Shown: piece by piece, positions 52,295 to 61,656 of the stretch
Numbering within the stretch: position 1 is the first letter of the stretch
How the letters are laid out: every line of letters begins with the position of its first letter
Assembly (NCBI GenBank): GCA_902591315.1
Contig: CACJAI010000005.1
Coordinates: forward strand, 11,392 to 75,391
DNA: 64,000 bases
Direction of reading: 5' to 3'
DNA from: an uncultured Alphaproteobacteria bacterium
GTDB taxonomy: Bacteria > Pseudomonadota > Alphaproteobacteria > HIMB59
Position numbers and translations under genes: made by a program
Notes under the pieces: model-generated
What the model was told of the DNA's origin: nothing
Databases searched by the model: none
The model's input: only the letters and a program-made list of their open reading frames with translations

Positions 52295-53070
52295 TATTTT
52301 TTTAATCCCTTACCTAAATAAGACTCAATAACCTGTTCATTTGACTTAACATCCTCAGCAGAACCTTTAAAAAGAACTGAACCCTCAGCTAAAACTATTA
52401 CGGGATCACACAACTCACTTATAAAGTTAAAATCATGTTCAATCATACAAAATGTGTAACCTTTATCTTGATTAAGTTTTAAAATTGAGTCACTTATGTC
52501 TCTAAGGAGTGTTTTATTAACTCCTGCACCAACTTCATCTAAAAAAACTATTTTAGCATCTACCATCATTGTTCTTGCCAATTCTAAAAGTTTTTTTTGA
52601 CCTCCAGATAAATTTCCAGCTCTCTCATTTTTAAGGTGTTCAATTTTTAAAAATTTTAAAACTTCCATGGCTTTATCTTTTATTAATTCATCTTCTTTTT
52701 TAATTTTTTGACTATTCATCAACGAATATAGAAGCTTTTCACCTTTTTGATCACCTGGCACTACCATTAAATTTTCAATAACTGTCATATTTGAAAATTC
52801 ATGTGCTATTTGAAATGTTCTTAATACTCCTAAATGAAATAAGTCGTGCGACTCTTCATTAGTTATTTCAACACCATTATAGAAAACTTTACCTGTATCT
52901 GGCTTCAGATTACCAGTAATTACATTAAATAAAGTAGTTTTACCAGATCCATTAGGTCCAATAATTCCTGTTATAGCTTTATCCTGAATTTCTAAGGAGC
53001 AATCATTTAGTGCAACTAATCCACCAAATGTTTTCACCAAATTTTCGACTTTTATTAAAATATTGTTCAT
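52294..53070 (-). CDS. Liv-type ABC ATPase (LivG-like)
   Basis: FGGLVAL, GPNGSGKTT, RTFQ, LSGGQKKLLELAR, IEHD, YLG. Confidence 0.92.
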   Translation of the reverse strand: MNNILIKVENLVKTFGGLVALNDCSLEIQDKAITGIIGPNGSGKTTLFNVITGNLKPDTGKVFYNGVEITNEESHDLFHLGVLRTFQIAHEFSNMTVIENLMVVPGDQKGEKLLYSLMNSQKIKKEDELIKDKAMEVLKFLKIEHLKNERAGNLSGGQKKLLELARTMMVDAKIVFLDEVGAGVNKTLLRDISDSILKLNQDKGYTFCMIEHDFNFISELCDPVIVLAEGSVLFKGSAEDVKSNEQVIESYLGKGLKK

Positions 53071-53133
53071 TTAAAAATTAATGCATATTAAAGTAGAAAA
53101 TATAAAGTTGAAGTGGTAAATATTCCAATAAAT

Positions 53134-53210
53134 GCGCTCTTAGCTCAGCTGGATAGAGCATCTGCCTTCTAAGCAGAGGGTCGCAGGTTCGAATCCTGCA
53201 GAGCGCGCCA
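53134..53210 (+). tRNA. tRNA-Arg (TCT)
   Basis: Acceptor GCGCTCT/AGAGCGC, D-arm with GGATA, anticodon arm TCTGC-CTTCTAA-GCAGA, GGTTCGAATCC, encoded CCA. Confidence 0.98.
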
Positions 53211-53220
53211 ACTATTTGCC

Positions 53221-54072
53221 ATGTCTGATATTAAAAAGAAATTAGACTTTCTTGTAACATCTCATAAGAAATTAACAGGTTCAGATTTAAATTATGAAAT
53301 AGCTACGTCGTATATTGATTTATTTAAAAGAATAAAAAATAAAAAAACTTTAATGATTTCTGGATCTCAAGGATCTGGTAAATCTACTATGTCTTTACAA
53401 ATTAAAAAATATTTTAAAAAATATTATTCAAAGAATGTTGTTATTCTTAGTTTAGATGACTTTTATTTGTCTTCTCATCAAAGAAAACTATTGGCTAAAA
53501 GACATAATACAAATTTATTTGAAACTAGAGGTGTTCCTGGTACCCACAATTTAAAATTACTAAATCAAACAATCAGAAACCTGAAGAGTAATAAGTTTCC
53601 ATTATTCCTTCCAGTCTTTGATAAAGTTTCAGACAATAGGAAAAAATATCGAAGAAAAGTTAATAAAGCAGATTTAATTATTTTAGAGGGTTGGTGTGTA
53701 GGTTCAAAACCAATAGACCCAAATTTTTTAAAAAAAAATATAAATGATTTAGAAAAAATAGAGGACTCCAATTTATTATGGAGAACTGCGTATAATAAAG
53801 CTTTAGTTGAATATCAAAAAGTTTTTAAAAAATTTAGTTATTTTATATTTATTAAAATACCAAACTGGAAATTTGTAATTGATTGGAAATATAAACAAGA
53901 ATTAGGACTTCGCTCTTCTATTAGTAATAATCATTTAAAAAAGAAACTCTACAGATTTATACAATTTTATGAAAAATTATCTAAATGGATGTTTTTAACC
54001 TCACCTAGTGATTGCAATGTGTTGGTAACTTTAGATAAAAAACAAACAGCAAAAAAAATTACATATAAATGA
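53221..54072 (+). CDS. D-glycerate 3-kinase (GLYK/plant-type P-loop kinase)
   Basis: SGSQGSGKST, SLDDFYL, TRGVPGTH, P-x-FDK-x-x-D-x-R, ILEGWCVG, W-x-x-x-QE, FIQFYE. Confidence 0.85.
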   Translation: MSDIKKKLDFLVTSHKKLTGSDLNYEIATSYIDLFKRIKNKKTLMISGSQGSGKSTMSLQIKKYFKKYYSKNVVILSLDDFYLSSHQRKLLAKRHNTNLFETRGVPGTHNLKLLNQTIRNLKSNKFPLFLPVFDKVSDNRKKYRRKVNKADLIILEGWCVGSKPIDPNFLKKNINDLEKIEDSNLLWRTAYNKALVEYQKVFKKFSYFIFIKIPNWKFVIDWKYKQELGLRSSISNNHLKKKLYRFIQFYEKLSKWMFLTSPSDCNVLVTLDKKQTAKKITYK

Positions 54073-54902
54073 AAAGATATCTTATTTTTACTGATCTCGA
54101 TGGGACTCTTCTAGATCATGATAATTATTCATTTGGAAATAATAAGAAAATGATCTCTACAATTATCAATAACAAAAATGAAATTATTTTTAACACCAGT
54201 AAAACATTTAGTGAATGTAAAAAATTACTTAAAGAATTGAAATTATCAAATATGCCCTTTAGTACTGAAAATGGAGCAGTTTTATATTTTCCTAAAATAA
54301 GATTTAATAAAATTAAAAACTCAACTTCTTTTGAAAAATATTGGAAAGTAAGAATTGCTAAATTATCTTCAAAGGTTTGGCATCAATTTTTAAAAAAGAA
54401 ACAAAAAAATTATAATTTTTTAATTGCCCAAGACCTCTCTCCAATTATTTTAAAACGATACACGAATTTGAATAATACGAATATGATGTTGGATCGTGAG
54501 GCAAGTCAAATCATTCTTTGGGATGATAATCTAACAAAATTAAAATCATTCAAAAAAGAGCTTAAATTTGAAAAAGATGGAATTTTTATAAAAGGTAGTA
54601 GGTTCATGCAAATTTCTTCTATATGCAACAAAAGAATAGCTATAAAGCTAATATCTCATGTTTATGATATTCAATTTCGTGATAAATACTCAATGAATAC
54701 TATTGCTTTGGGTGATAGTAGAAATGATATTGACATGTTAAATTCTTGTAAATACTCCTGCCTAATTAAAAACTCTTCTGGCGCATATCCAAAATTGCGC
54801 TCTAATAAAAAAAATGTTTTTAAATCATCAAAGTTAGCACCTGACGGTTGGAGTCAAGTCCTGTATAAATTAAATAAAACATTAGATAATAAGATTTTTT
54901 AA
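54069..54902 (+). CDS. gpgP: Glucosyl/mannosyl-3-phosphoglycerate phosphatase (HAD-IIB)
   Basis: FTDLDGTLLD, TSKT-x-x-E, ENG, REAS, G-x-RF, ALGDS-x-ND-x-x-ML, P-x-GW. Confidence 0.85.
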   Translation: MKRYLIFTDLDGTLLDHDNYSFGNNKKMISTIINNKNEIIFNTSKTFSECKKLLKELKLSNMPFSTENGAVLYFPKIRFNKIKNSTSFEKYWKVRIAKLSSKVWHQFLKKKQKNYNFLIAQDLSPIILKRYTNLNNTNMMLDREASQIILWDDNLTKLKSFKKELKFEKDGIFIKGSRFMQISSICNKRIAIKLISHVYDIQFRDKYSMNTIALGDSRNDIDMLNSCKYSCLIKNSSGAYPKLRSNKKNVFKSSKLAPDGWSQVLYKLNKTLDNKIF

Positions 54903-54904
54903 CC

Positions 54905-56116
54905 ATGCCTGATTTTCATCAAAATGGCGTTATAGCTACTCTTCATAATTTTAATTCAAAACCCATAGAGGAAATAGAAAAAGAACTTTTAGATTTTTCA
55001 AAAGTCTCGCCCATGACTTTAATTCTTCCTTCTTTGTACTCAGAATTAGAAAAGCCAGCATTAACATATATTGTTAATACTTTAAAAAAAGTTAAATACA
55101 TTAAAAATATTGTTATTGGTTTAGATCAAGCCAACAAACAAGAATTTATAAAAGCTAAAAAATTTTTTTCAGTGCTGCCTCAAAAAAAATATATTCTTTG
55201 GAACGATGGACCTAAATTAAAAAAAATAGATCAACATTTATCTAAAATGGATCTTGCTCCTGCTGAAAAGGGGAAAGGAAGAAACATTTGGTACTGTATG
55301 GGATTTGTAATTTCTTTGAAAGACTCGGGATCTGTTGCAATGCACGATTGCGATATAGTCACCTATGATAAAAATTTAGTAGCAAAACTATTTTACCCTG
55401 TTGCAAATCCAAAATTTTCATTTGATTTTTGTAAGGGCTTTTATCCTAGGGTAGCTCAAAAATCAATGAATGGAAGAGTGACAAGATTATTAGTTACGCC
55501 TTTGGTTAAATCTCTACAGAAAATGGTTGGATTTAATGAATATTTAAATTTCTTAGATATATTTAAATATCCTCTGGCTGGTGAATTTTCATTTAAATAT
55601 AATTTATTGAATGACATAAGAATTCCACATGATTGGGGCCTTGAAATAGGAATACTCTCTGAAATGTATAGGAACTTTGCTAATAATAAAATTTGCCAGG
55701 TAGATATAGCAGATACCTATGAACATAAACACCAAGAGGTCTCTAAAAATAATCGTCAAAAGGGTTTATCTAAAATGACTATAGATATTTCTAAAGCTTT
55801 ATTTAGAAAGTTAGCTACACAAGGTCATGTATTTTCTAATGAGAAGTTTAGAACACTTAAAGCAACATATTATAGATTAGCCCTTGATATGGTTCAGATT
55901 TATAAAACAGATGCAGAGATGAATGGATTAAACTTTGATGTCCACAAAGAAGAGGAAATGGTTGAGCTCTTTGCACAAAATATTATTGAAGCAGGAAAAA
56001 TATTCCTAGACTCACCAAGTGAAAATCCAAATATACCGACTTGGAGAAGAGTTGATAGTGCTGACCCAACTATTTTAAAATCTTTTAATAATGCCGTCAT
56101 GGAAGATAATTCCTAA
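54905..56116 (+). CDS. gpgS: Glucosyl-3-phosphoglycerate synthase (cyanobacterial/marine type)
   Basis: DFHQNG-x-IATLH, LPSLYSEL, GKGRNIW, HDCDI, GRVTRLL, YPLAGEF, DWGLEIG, YEHKHQ. Confidence 0.9.
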   Translation: MPDFHQNGVIATLHNFNSKPIEEIEKELLDFSKVSPMTLILPSLYSELEKPALTYIVNTLKKVKYIKNIVIGLDQANKQEFIKAKKFFSVLPQKKYILWNDGPKLKKIDQHLSKMDLAPAEKGKGRNIWYCMGFVISLKDSGSVAMHDCDIVTYDKNLVAKLFYPVANPKFSFDFCKGFYPRVAQKSMNGRVTRLLVTPLVKSLQKMVGFNEYLNFLDIFKYPLAGEFSFKYNLLNDIRIPHDWGLEIGILSEMYRNFANNKICQVDIADTYEHKHQEVSKNNRQKGLSKMTIDISKALFRKLATQGHVFSNEKFRTLKATYYRLALDMVQIYKTDAEMNGLNFDVHKEEEMVELFAQNIIEAGKIFLDSPSENPNIPTWRRVDSADPTILKSFNNAVMEDNS

Positions 56117-57842
56117 AGTGCAAGAAGAATTAAAAAATAATCTAAACATACATTTTCAAATAATTTATAAGGACATATTAGATCAAAACGAAATTTTAAA
56201 ATTAATTAATAGAGTTCTTGATTTATTCCAAAATAAAGATTTAGGTATTTCTGAACCTAATTGGTCTCAAAAAGATGTTTTCTTAATTACGTATGGTGAC
56301 TCAATATATGAGGAAAAAAATAATAAATTAAAAACTCTAAGCAAGTTCTTAGATAAGTATTGTAAAAAACAATTCAACAATTTGCACATTCTACCTTTTT
56401 TTCCTTACAGTTCAGATGATGGATTTTCTATAACTGACTATGAAGAAGTAAGGTCTGATTTAGGTGATTGGAGAGATATCAAATCACTATCAAAAAATTT
56501 TAGGATAATGAGTGATATTGTTATTAATCATGCATCTATTGAAAGTAAATATTTTAAATCTTTTATTGAGAATAAAACTGAAACACAAAATTTTTTTATA
56601 AAACTTAAAAATAAACAAGGTTATGACCAAGTCGTTCGCCCAAGAAGCTCAGATCTTTTTAGAGAATTTGAAATTAATAAAGAAATTTATTATTTATGGT
56701 GTACTTTCAGCCACGATCAAGTTGACTTTAATTTTAAAAATCCTGAAGTTTTATTTTTCTTCATTAAGTTAATTCATTTATATCTTAAAAATGGTGTTAG
56801 AGTATTTAGGTTAGATGCCATTGCTTTCCTTTGGAAAGAACATGACACCAACTGTCTAAATTTACCGCAGACTCATGAAGTTGTGAAATTAATGAGAACA
56901 CTTCTAAATGCATTTAGCAAAAATACTTTACTTATAACTGAAACAAACTTACCCAATTTAGAAAATCTTAGTTATTTCGGTGAAAACGATGAAGCAAATG
57001 CTGTATACAACTTTGCTCTACCACCCTTGCTACTATGGACCCTGGTGATGGGAGATAGCACAGCTCTTCGTAAATGGTCAATGGGTATGCCTCCTGCAAA
57101 AGATCATACATCTTATTTCAATTTCATAGCGTCTCATGATGGTATTGGCCTGAGACCGACAGAGGGAATTTTAACAGAAAAAGAGAGAAATAACTTAGTA
57201 GATATCATGACTGATTTTGGAGCAAAAACTACCAAAAGAAAAAAAACAGATAACACCGAGACTGTTTATGAAATAAATATCTCACTCATCGATGCTATGA
57301 AAGGAACATTTCAAGGAAGTGATCATTTGCAAATTGAAAGATTTATTTGTTGCCATGCAATAATGCTAGGACTTGAGGGCATACCAGCTTTTTATATACA
57401 TAGTATTTTGGGCTCTACAAATGACTATGAAAAGCTAGAGCAAACAAAAAATCATAGATCTATAAATAGAAGATCTTGGAAGTATGATGAAATTGATGGG
57501 TTACTTGCAAATACTGACACTTTTAATTCAAAAATATATAATCAATTATCAAAATTAATTGAAATTAGAAAAAACCAATCTGCATTTCATCCAAATGCTA
57601 CACAATTTACATTTAATTTAGGTAAGAACTTTTTTGGTTTTTGGAGACAAAGTCATGACAAAAGGCAATCAATTTTTTGTGTAAGCAATGTAACTAATGT
57701 GTTCCAATATTTAGATTTGTCAGAATTAAATCTAATAGCATCAAATGAATGGTGGGATTTAATCTCTAATGAGATAATTATTGATATCAAATCAACAATT
57801 ACTCTAAAGGCTTACCAAACTCTATGGATTACTAACTATTGA
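56091..57842 (+). CDS. GH13_18 glycoside phosphorylase, probably glucosylglycerate phosphorylase
   Basis: LITYGDS, HILPFFPYSSDDGF, WCTFS-x-DQVD, RLDAIAFLWK, TETN, ASHDGIGLRP, YEIN; alternative start GTG 56118. Confidence 0.88.
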   Translation: MPSWKIIPKVQEELKNNLNIHFQIIYKDILDQNEILKLINRVLDLFQNKDLGISEPNWSQKDVFLITYGDSIYEEKNNKLKTLSKFLDKYCKKQFNNLHILPFFPYSSDDGFSITDYEEVRSDLGDWRDIKSLSKNFRIMSDIVINHASIESKYFKSFIENKTETQNFFIKLKNKQGYDQVVRPRSSDLFREFEINKEIYYLWCTFSHDQVDFNFKNPEVLFFFIKLIHLYLKNGVRVFRLDAIAFLWKEHDTNCLNLPQTHEVVKLMRTLLNAFSKNTLLITETNLPNLENLSYFGENDEANAVYNFALPPLLLWTLVMGDSTALRKWSMGMPPAKDHTSYFNFIASHDGIGLRPTEGILTEKERNNLVDIMTDFGAKTTKRKKTDNTETVYEINISLIDAMKGTFQGSDHLQIERFICCHAIMLGLEGIPAFYIHSILGSTNDYEKLEQTKNHRSINRRSWKYDEIDGLLANTDTFNSKIYNQLSKLIEIRKNQSAFHPNATQFTFNLGKNFFGFWRQSHDKRQSIFCVSNVTNVFQYLDLSELNLIASNEWWDLISNEIIIDIKSTITLKAYQTLWITNY

Positions 57843-57876
57843 TAAACTTATTTATATTTAAGATTCTCTAATACTA

Positions 57877-59148
57877 ATGAAAAATATTTTTATCTTATTA
57901 TTTTTAATACCTAGTCTTTCATTTTCTTTAACTTTCAAAGATGGAAAAATAGTTGAGGAGAATAAATTTGAATTTGATAAAAATTCTACCACCGTTATTC
58001 CAAAGTATTTTTTTGCACATGTATTGAATTCAAATACATGCACCATAAAAGGAGTTCATGGTGATGGAAGCTATGGAGAAAAATATAGTGAATTAGATCT
58101 TGACCTTACAAACGAGAAAAATTTTAACTATTTGATGAAGTTAACTGAGTACGATTGGCAAAAAGAGCATGAAGATAGATCAAACAGCCTTTCCGTTAAT
58201 CATGAAAAACATACATCAAGATTAGCCTTGTTACACGGATCTATTATTAATGCAATTATTTCTAATAATATGGAGCTACAATCAGACTCAATTACTAAAA
58301 TTATGACAGCTTGGGCAGAGTCTGGTGTTTTTTTAAACACTATGACTTTAGAAGATATTAATAAACTCAAAGAACAAGGTAAAGCAGATAGACTTTGTTA
58401 TGGGGGCTCAAAAGGAGATACAAAAGCTAAATGCTTACCACATAAAGTTCACGAAGCCCATATATATGGTGCTAGTTTTATAATTAATGCATATCTGGTT
58501 AAAGACCAGTTCTCAAAAGAACAATTTATCTTAATTGATAAATACATTCAAAAATTATACGAAAAATATATTTTTCCTTGGGCTGATAAACATTTAAACG
58601 ATGATCGTGCTTTTATCCAAATGGCAGATGGTACAATTTCTGTTATAGCTTATCTAGCATGGAAAAATAAATTAGAAGAAGTAGATTTTTGGTTTGATAG
58701 AGGTATTAAAAAAGCTAGTAAGGTAATTTATGAAGATGGCTATATTCATAATAATAGTTTCAGAGGTGTTCGCGATGTCTGGTATCACTCACAAGGTGTA
58801 AATAATCTTTTAGGTTTATTGGCTATAACAGAAGTATGGAATTACAACAAGTTTCCTGCAGAGTTAAAACAAAGAATTTTTAAAACCATAGATGTTCTTA
58901 ATTTAGGTCTTACAGATGTTGAAAAGTATAGAGAACGAAAAGATCCAAGTGGTCTAAAGAATTTTTCAACTGATCAAAAAGATGCCGCTTATCATGTTCA
59001 TCAAATGGCCATTTCTTTAGATTGGTTGATTGAAAATTTTTCAGACAGAGACCCAACACATGTCAGAGAAAATTATATGTGGAAAGCAAAAAAATCTCAG
59101 TATTTTGTTGATAGAAATTTTGGTTTTGAGCCAAAGTGTATGAATTGA
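57877..59148 (+). CDS. Secreted protein, alginate-lyase-like (alpha/alpha toroid) C-terminal domain
   Basis: Signal peptide (SLSFS/LTFKDGK); I-x-EDG...RG-x-R-x-x-WYH motif resembling Alginate_lyase family; helical character. Confidence 0.6.
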   Translation: MKNIFILLFLIPSLSFSLTFKDGKIVEENKFEFDKNSTTVIPKYFFAHVLNSNTCTIKGVHGDGSYGEKYSELDLDLTNEKNFNYLMKLTEYDWQKEHEDRSNSLSVNHEKHTSRLALLHGSIINAIISNNMELQSDSITKIMTAWAESGVFLNTMTLEDINKLKEQGKADRLCYGGSKGDTKAKCLPHKVHEAHIYGASFIINAYLVKDQFSKEQFILIDKYIQKLYEKYIFPWADKHLNDDRAFIQMADGTISVIAYLAWKNKLEEVDFWFDRGIKKASKVIYEDGYIHNNSFRGVRDVWYHSQGVNNLLGLLAITEVWNYNKFPAELKQRIFKTIDVLNLGLTDVEKYRERKDPSGLKNFSTDQKDAAYHVHQMAISLDWLIENFSDRDPTHVRENYMWKAKKSQYFVDRNFGFEPKCMN

Positions 59149-59154
59149 GACTTT

Positions 59155-59184
59155 TTGTAATACTTACAATATAAAAATTATGAT
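59155..59184 (+). promoter_or_regulatory. Putative metY promoter with palindrome TTGTAA-TAC-TTACAA over the -35
   Basis: TTGTAA (59155-60), N18, TATGAT (59179-84); 6-3-6 inverted repeat at 59155-59169. Confidence 0.45.
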
Positions 59185-59195
59185 ATATTTAAATT

Positions 59196-60509
59196 ATGAC
59201 CGATCCAAAAACATACAAATTTAACACTAAAACCTTACATAGTGGGCATCAGCCAGATAAAAATTTTGGCTCCCGTGCCGTTCCAATTTATCAAACAACA
59301 TCATACTTATTCCAAGACGCAGATCACGCAGCTGCCTTATTTAATCTAGAGGAGGGTGGGCATATCTACAGCAGAATATCCAATCCAACTATTTCTGTTC
59401 TTGAAGAGAGAGTTGCAGCTTTAGAAGGCGGCTCTGCTGCTTTAGCTACTGCCTCTGGTATGAGTGCAATGATGTTAGCTCTTCTAAATATTTGTAGTGC
59501 AGGTGATCATATTGTTTCCTCATCGCAATTGTATGGAGGCTCTTTTAACTTACTGAGACTAACTTTAAAAAGATTTGGCATTGAAACAACTTTTGTTAAG
59601 CCCAGAGACACAGAGGGTTTTAAAAAGGCAATTCAACCAAATACAAAATGTATTTGGGGTGAGTTGATTGGTAATCCTGGCATAGAAATTATGGATTTAC
59701 CTGAAATTTCCAAAATAGCAAAAGACGCAGGTATTCCTTTAATGGTCGATGGAACATTTAACACACCATATTTGTGTAATCTCTTTGAATTAGGTGCAGA
59801 TATAATCACACACTCTCTAACAAAATGGATGGCAGGTCATGGCACTTCTATGGGTGGTATAATTGTTGAAAAGGGTGACTTTGATTGGACTAAGGGAGAT
59901 AAGTTTCCAACAATGACTGAACCATATGATGGTTATCACGGTCTTTCTTTTGCAGAAGAATTTGGTCCAGCAGCATTTACTATGAGAGCAAGGGCAGAGG
60001 GCATGAGAGACTTTGGTCCATGTATGAGTCCAACAAATGCATTTAATATTTTAATAGGAATAGAAACTCTTTCAGTGAGAATGGAAAAGCATTTATCCAA
60101 TACCAAAATAATGGTTGATTACTTAAGTAACAACCCAAGTGTTTCTTGGGTAAATCATCCAAGTTTACCGGATCACCCTGATCATAAAGTTGCAGCAAAA
60201 TTAATGCCTAAGGGCGCTGGCTCAATGATAGCTTTTGGAATTAAGGGAGGCAAAGAAGCTGGTCACGCATTTATTAACTCTTTAAAACTAACATCACATT
60301 TAGCTAACGTTGGCGACGCAAAATCACTAGTTATTCACCCAGCATCTGCAACTCACTCTCAAATGGATAAAAAATCATTAGAGTTAGCAGGTTTAACTGA
60401 AGATATGATACGTTTTTCAGTTGGCTTGGAAGACATGGATGACATTATTAATGACTTTGAAAATGGTTTCAGAGCATCTCAAAAGCCAAGACTTGTAGCT
60501 TCTAAATGA
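59196..60509 (+). CDS. metY: O-acetylhomoserine aminocarboxypropyltransferase (sulfhydrylase)
   Basis: AVPIYQTTSY, YSRISNPT, ASGMSA, LYGG, PLP-lysine HSLTKW, HLANVGDAKSLVIHPAS-x-TH. Confidence 0.92.
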   Translation: MTDPKTYKFNTKTLHSGHQPDKNFGSRAVPIYQTTSYLFQDADHAAALFNLEEGGHIYSRISNPTISVLEERVAALEGGSAALATASGMSAMMLALLNICSAGDHIVSSSQLYGGSFNLLRLTLKRFGIETTFVKPRDTEGFKKAIQPNTKCIWGELIGNPGIEIMDLPEISKIAKDAGIPLMVDGTFNTPYLCNLFELGADIITHSLTKWMAGHGTSMGGIIVEKGDFDWTKGDKFPTMTEPYDGYHGLSFAEEFGPAAFTMRARAEGMRDFGPCMSPTNAFNILIGIETLSVRMEKHLSNTKIMVDYLSNNPSVSWVNHPSLPDHPDHKVAAKLMPKGAGSMIAFGIKGGKEAGHAFINSLKLTSHLANVGDAKSLVIHPASATHSQMDKKSLELAGLTEDMIRFSVGLEDMDDIINDFENGFRASQKPRLVASK

Positions 60510-61315
60510 AGCTTAAAGTTAATGGAAAAGAGGCATATTACACATCTAGTGGAAGAGAAATAGATAAAAATCAACCCTCTATAGTATTTGTTCATGGTAG
60601 TGGTTTGAGTCATGTCACATGGGTGCTTCAAACAAGATACTTTGCATTTCATGGTTACAATACAATTGCAGTAGATTTACCCGGCCATGGTGACTCAGAA
60701 GGACCACCATTAAAAACGATTGAGGAGATGGCTGATTGGGTTGCAGACCTATTAACATCTTTGGGTATTGATAAAGCCTCGTACGTCGGTCATTCACAGG
60801 GATGTTTGGTTGGATTAGAATTTGCACAAAGACATCCAGAGAAATTAGATTTACTTGCACTAATCAATGGATCTATGTCAATGAAGATGAACACTGAACT
60901 TTTAGACTTAGCATTAAATAAAGATCAAAAAGCAGTTGATCTTATGATGGATTGGGTTCATGGACCTTTAGGTCATAAAGGTGGCCATCCTGTTCCAGGA
61001 TTAAGTCATTTAGGTATGGGTGGTCAGTTGGTATCTTCAAATAATGACGGCACCCTTGGTGCAGACTTCAATGCTTGCGATAAATATACTAATGGCGAAA
61101 CTGCTGCTAAAAGTATTAAACACCCAACTTTATGTATCGTAGGCAAACATGATAAAATGACTCCTAAAAAAGTGGGTCTAGAATTGGCTTCAAATATAGA
61201 GGGGTCAAAAACAGTCGTTTTAGAAGAGTCTGGACATATGTCTATTTTAGAAACGGCGAGTGAAACTAAAAATATTTTAAAAAATTTCTTTAAAGAAAAT
61301 AGCCGTGCTTCATAA
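60506..61315 (+). CDS. Alpha/beta hydrolase
   Basis: FVHG, DLPGHG-x-S, nucleophile GHSQG, G-x-x-DKMTP, GHM; ATGA overlap with metY. Confidence 0.9.
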   Translation: MKLKVNGKEAYYTSSGREIDKNQPSIVFVHGSGLSHVTWVLQTRYFAFHGYNTIAVDLPGHGDSEGPPLKTIEEMADWVADLLTSLGIDKASYVGHSQGCLVGLEFAQRHPEKLDLLALINGSMSMKMNTELLDLALNKDQKAVDLMMDWVHGPLGHKGGHPVPGLSHLGMGGQLVSSNNDGTLGADFNACDKYTNGETAAKSIKHPTLCIVGKHDKMTPKKVGLELASNIEGSKTVVLEESGHMSILETASETKNILKNFFKENSRAS

Positions 61316-61649
61316 AGGATCGTGTCACTGTAAGGCTATTGAGTTTGAGATTGACTCTGATCTTGAAAAAATAATGCAATGCAATTGCTCCATTTGTATT
61401 AGAAAAAATGCAAAAATGATAATGGTTCCTAAATCTAATTTTAAACTTTTAAAGGGAAAAGAAGATCTATCTCTTTATCAATTTAATCTAAATTTAGCTG
61501 AACATTTTTTTTGCAAGCATTGCGGGATATACACTCACCACAATAGAAGAACTGATCCAAATGGTATGGGTATTAATCTAGGGTGCTTAGATGATGTAGA
61601 TCCACTAGACTATGAAGCTGGTCTCAATGACGGAAGAAAACTATCTTAG
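61305..61649 (+). CDS. GFA (CENP-V/Gfa) family zinc protein
   Basis: GSCHC, CNCSIC, HFFCKHCGI, N-x-GCL. Confidence 0.92.
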   Translation: MLHKGSCHCKAIEFEIDSDLEKIMQCNCSICIRKNAKMIMVPKSNFKLLKGKEDLSLYQFNLNLAEHFFCKHCGIYTHHNRRTDPNGMGINLGCLDDVDPLDYEAGLNDGRKLS

Positions 61650-61656
61650 TCAGATC

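Noticed and set aside
58854-58863. TCCTGCAGAG matching the tRNA-Arg 3' half (possible att remnant)
   Set aside because: Only 10 nt, inside an intact CDS, no integrase nearby
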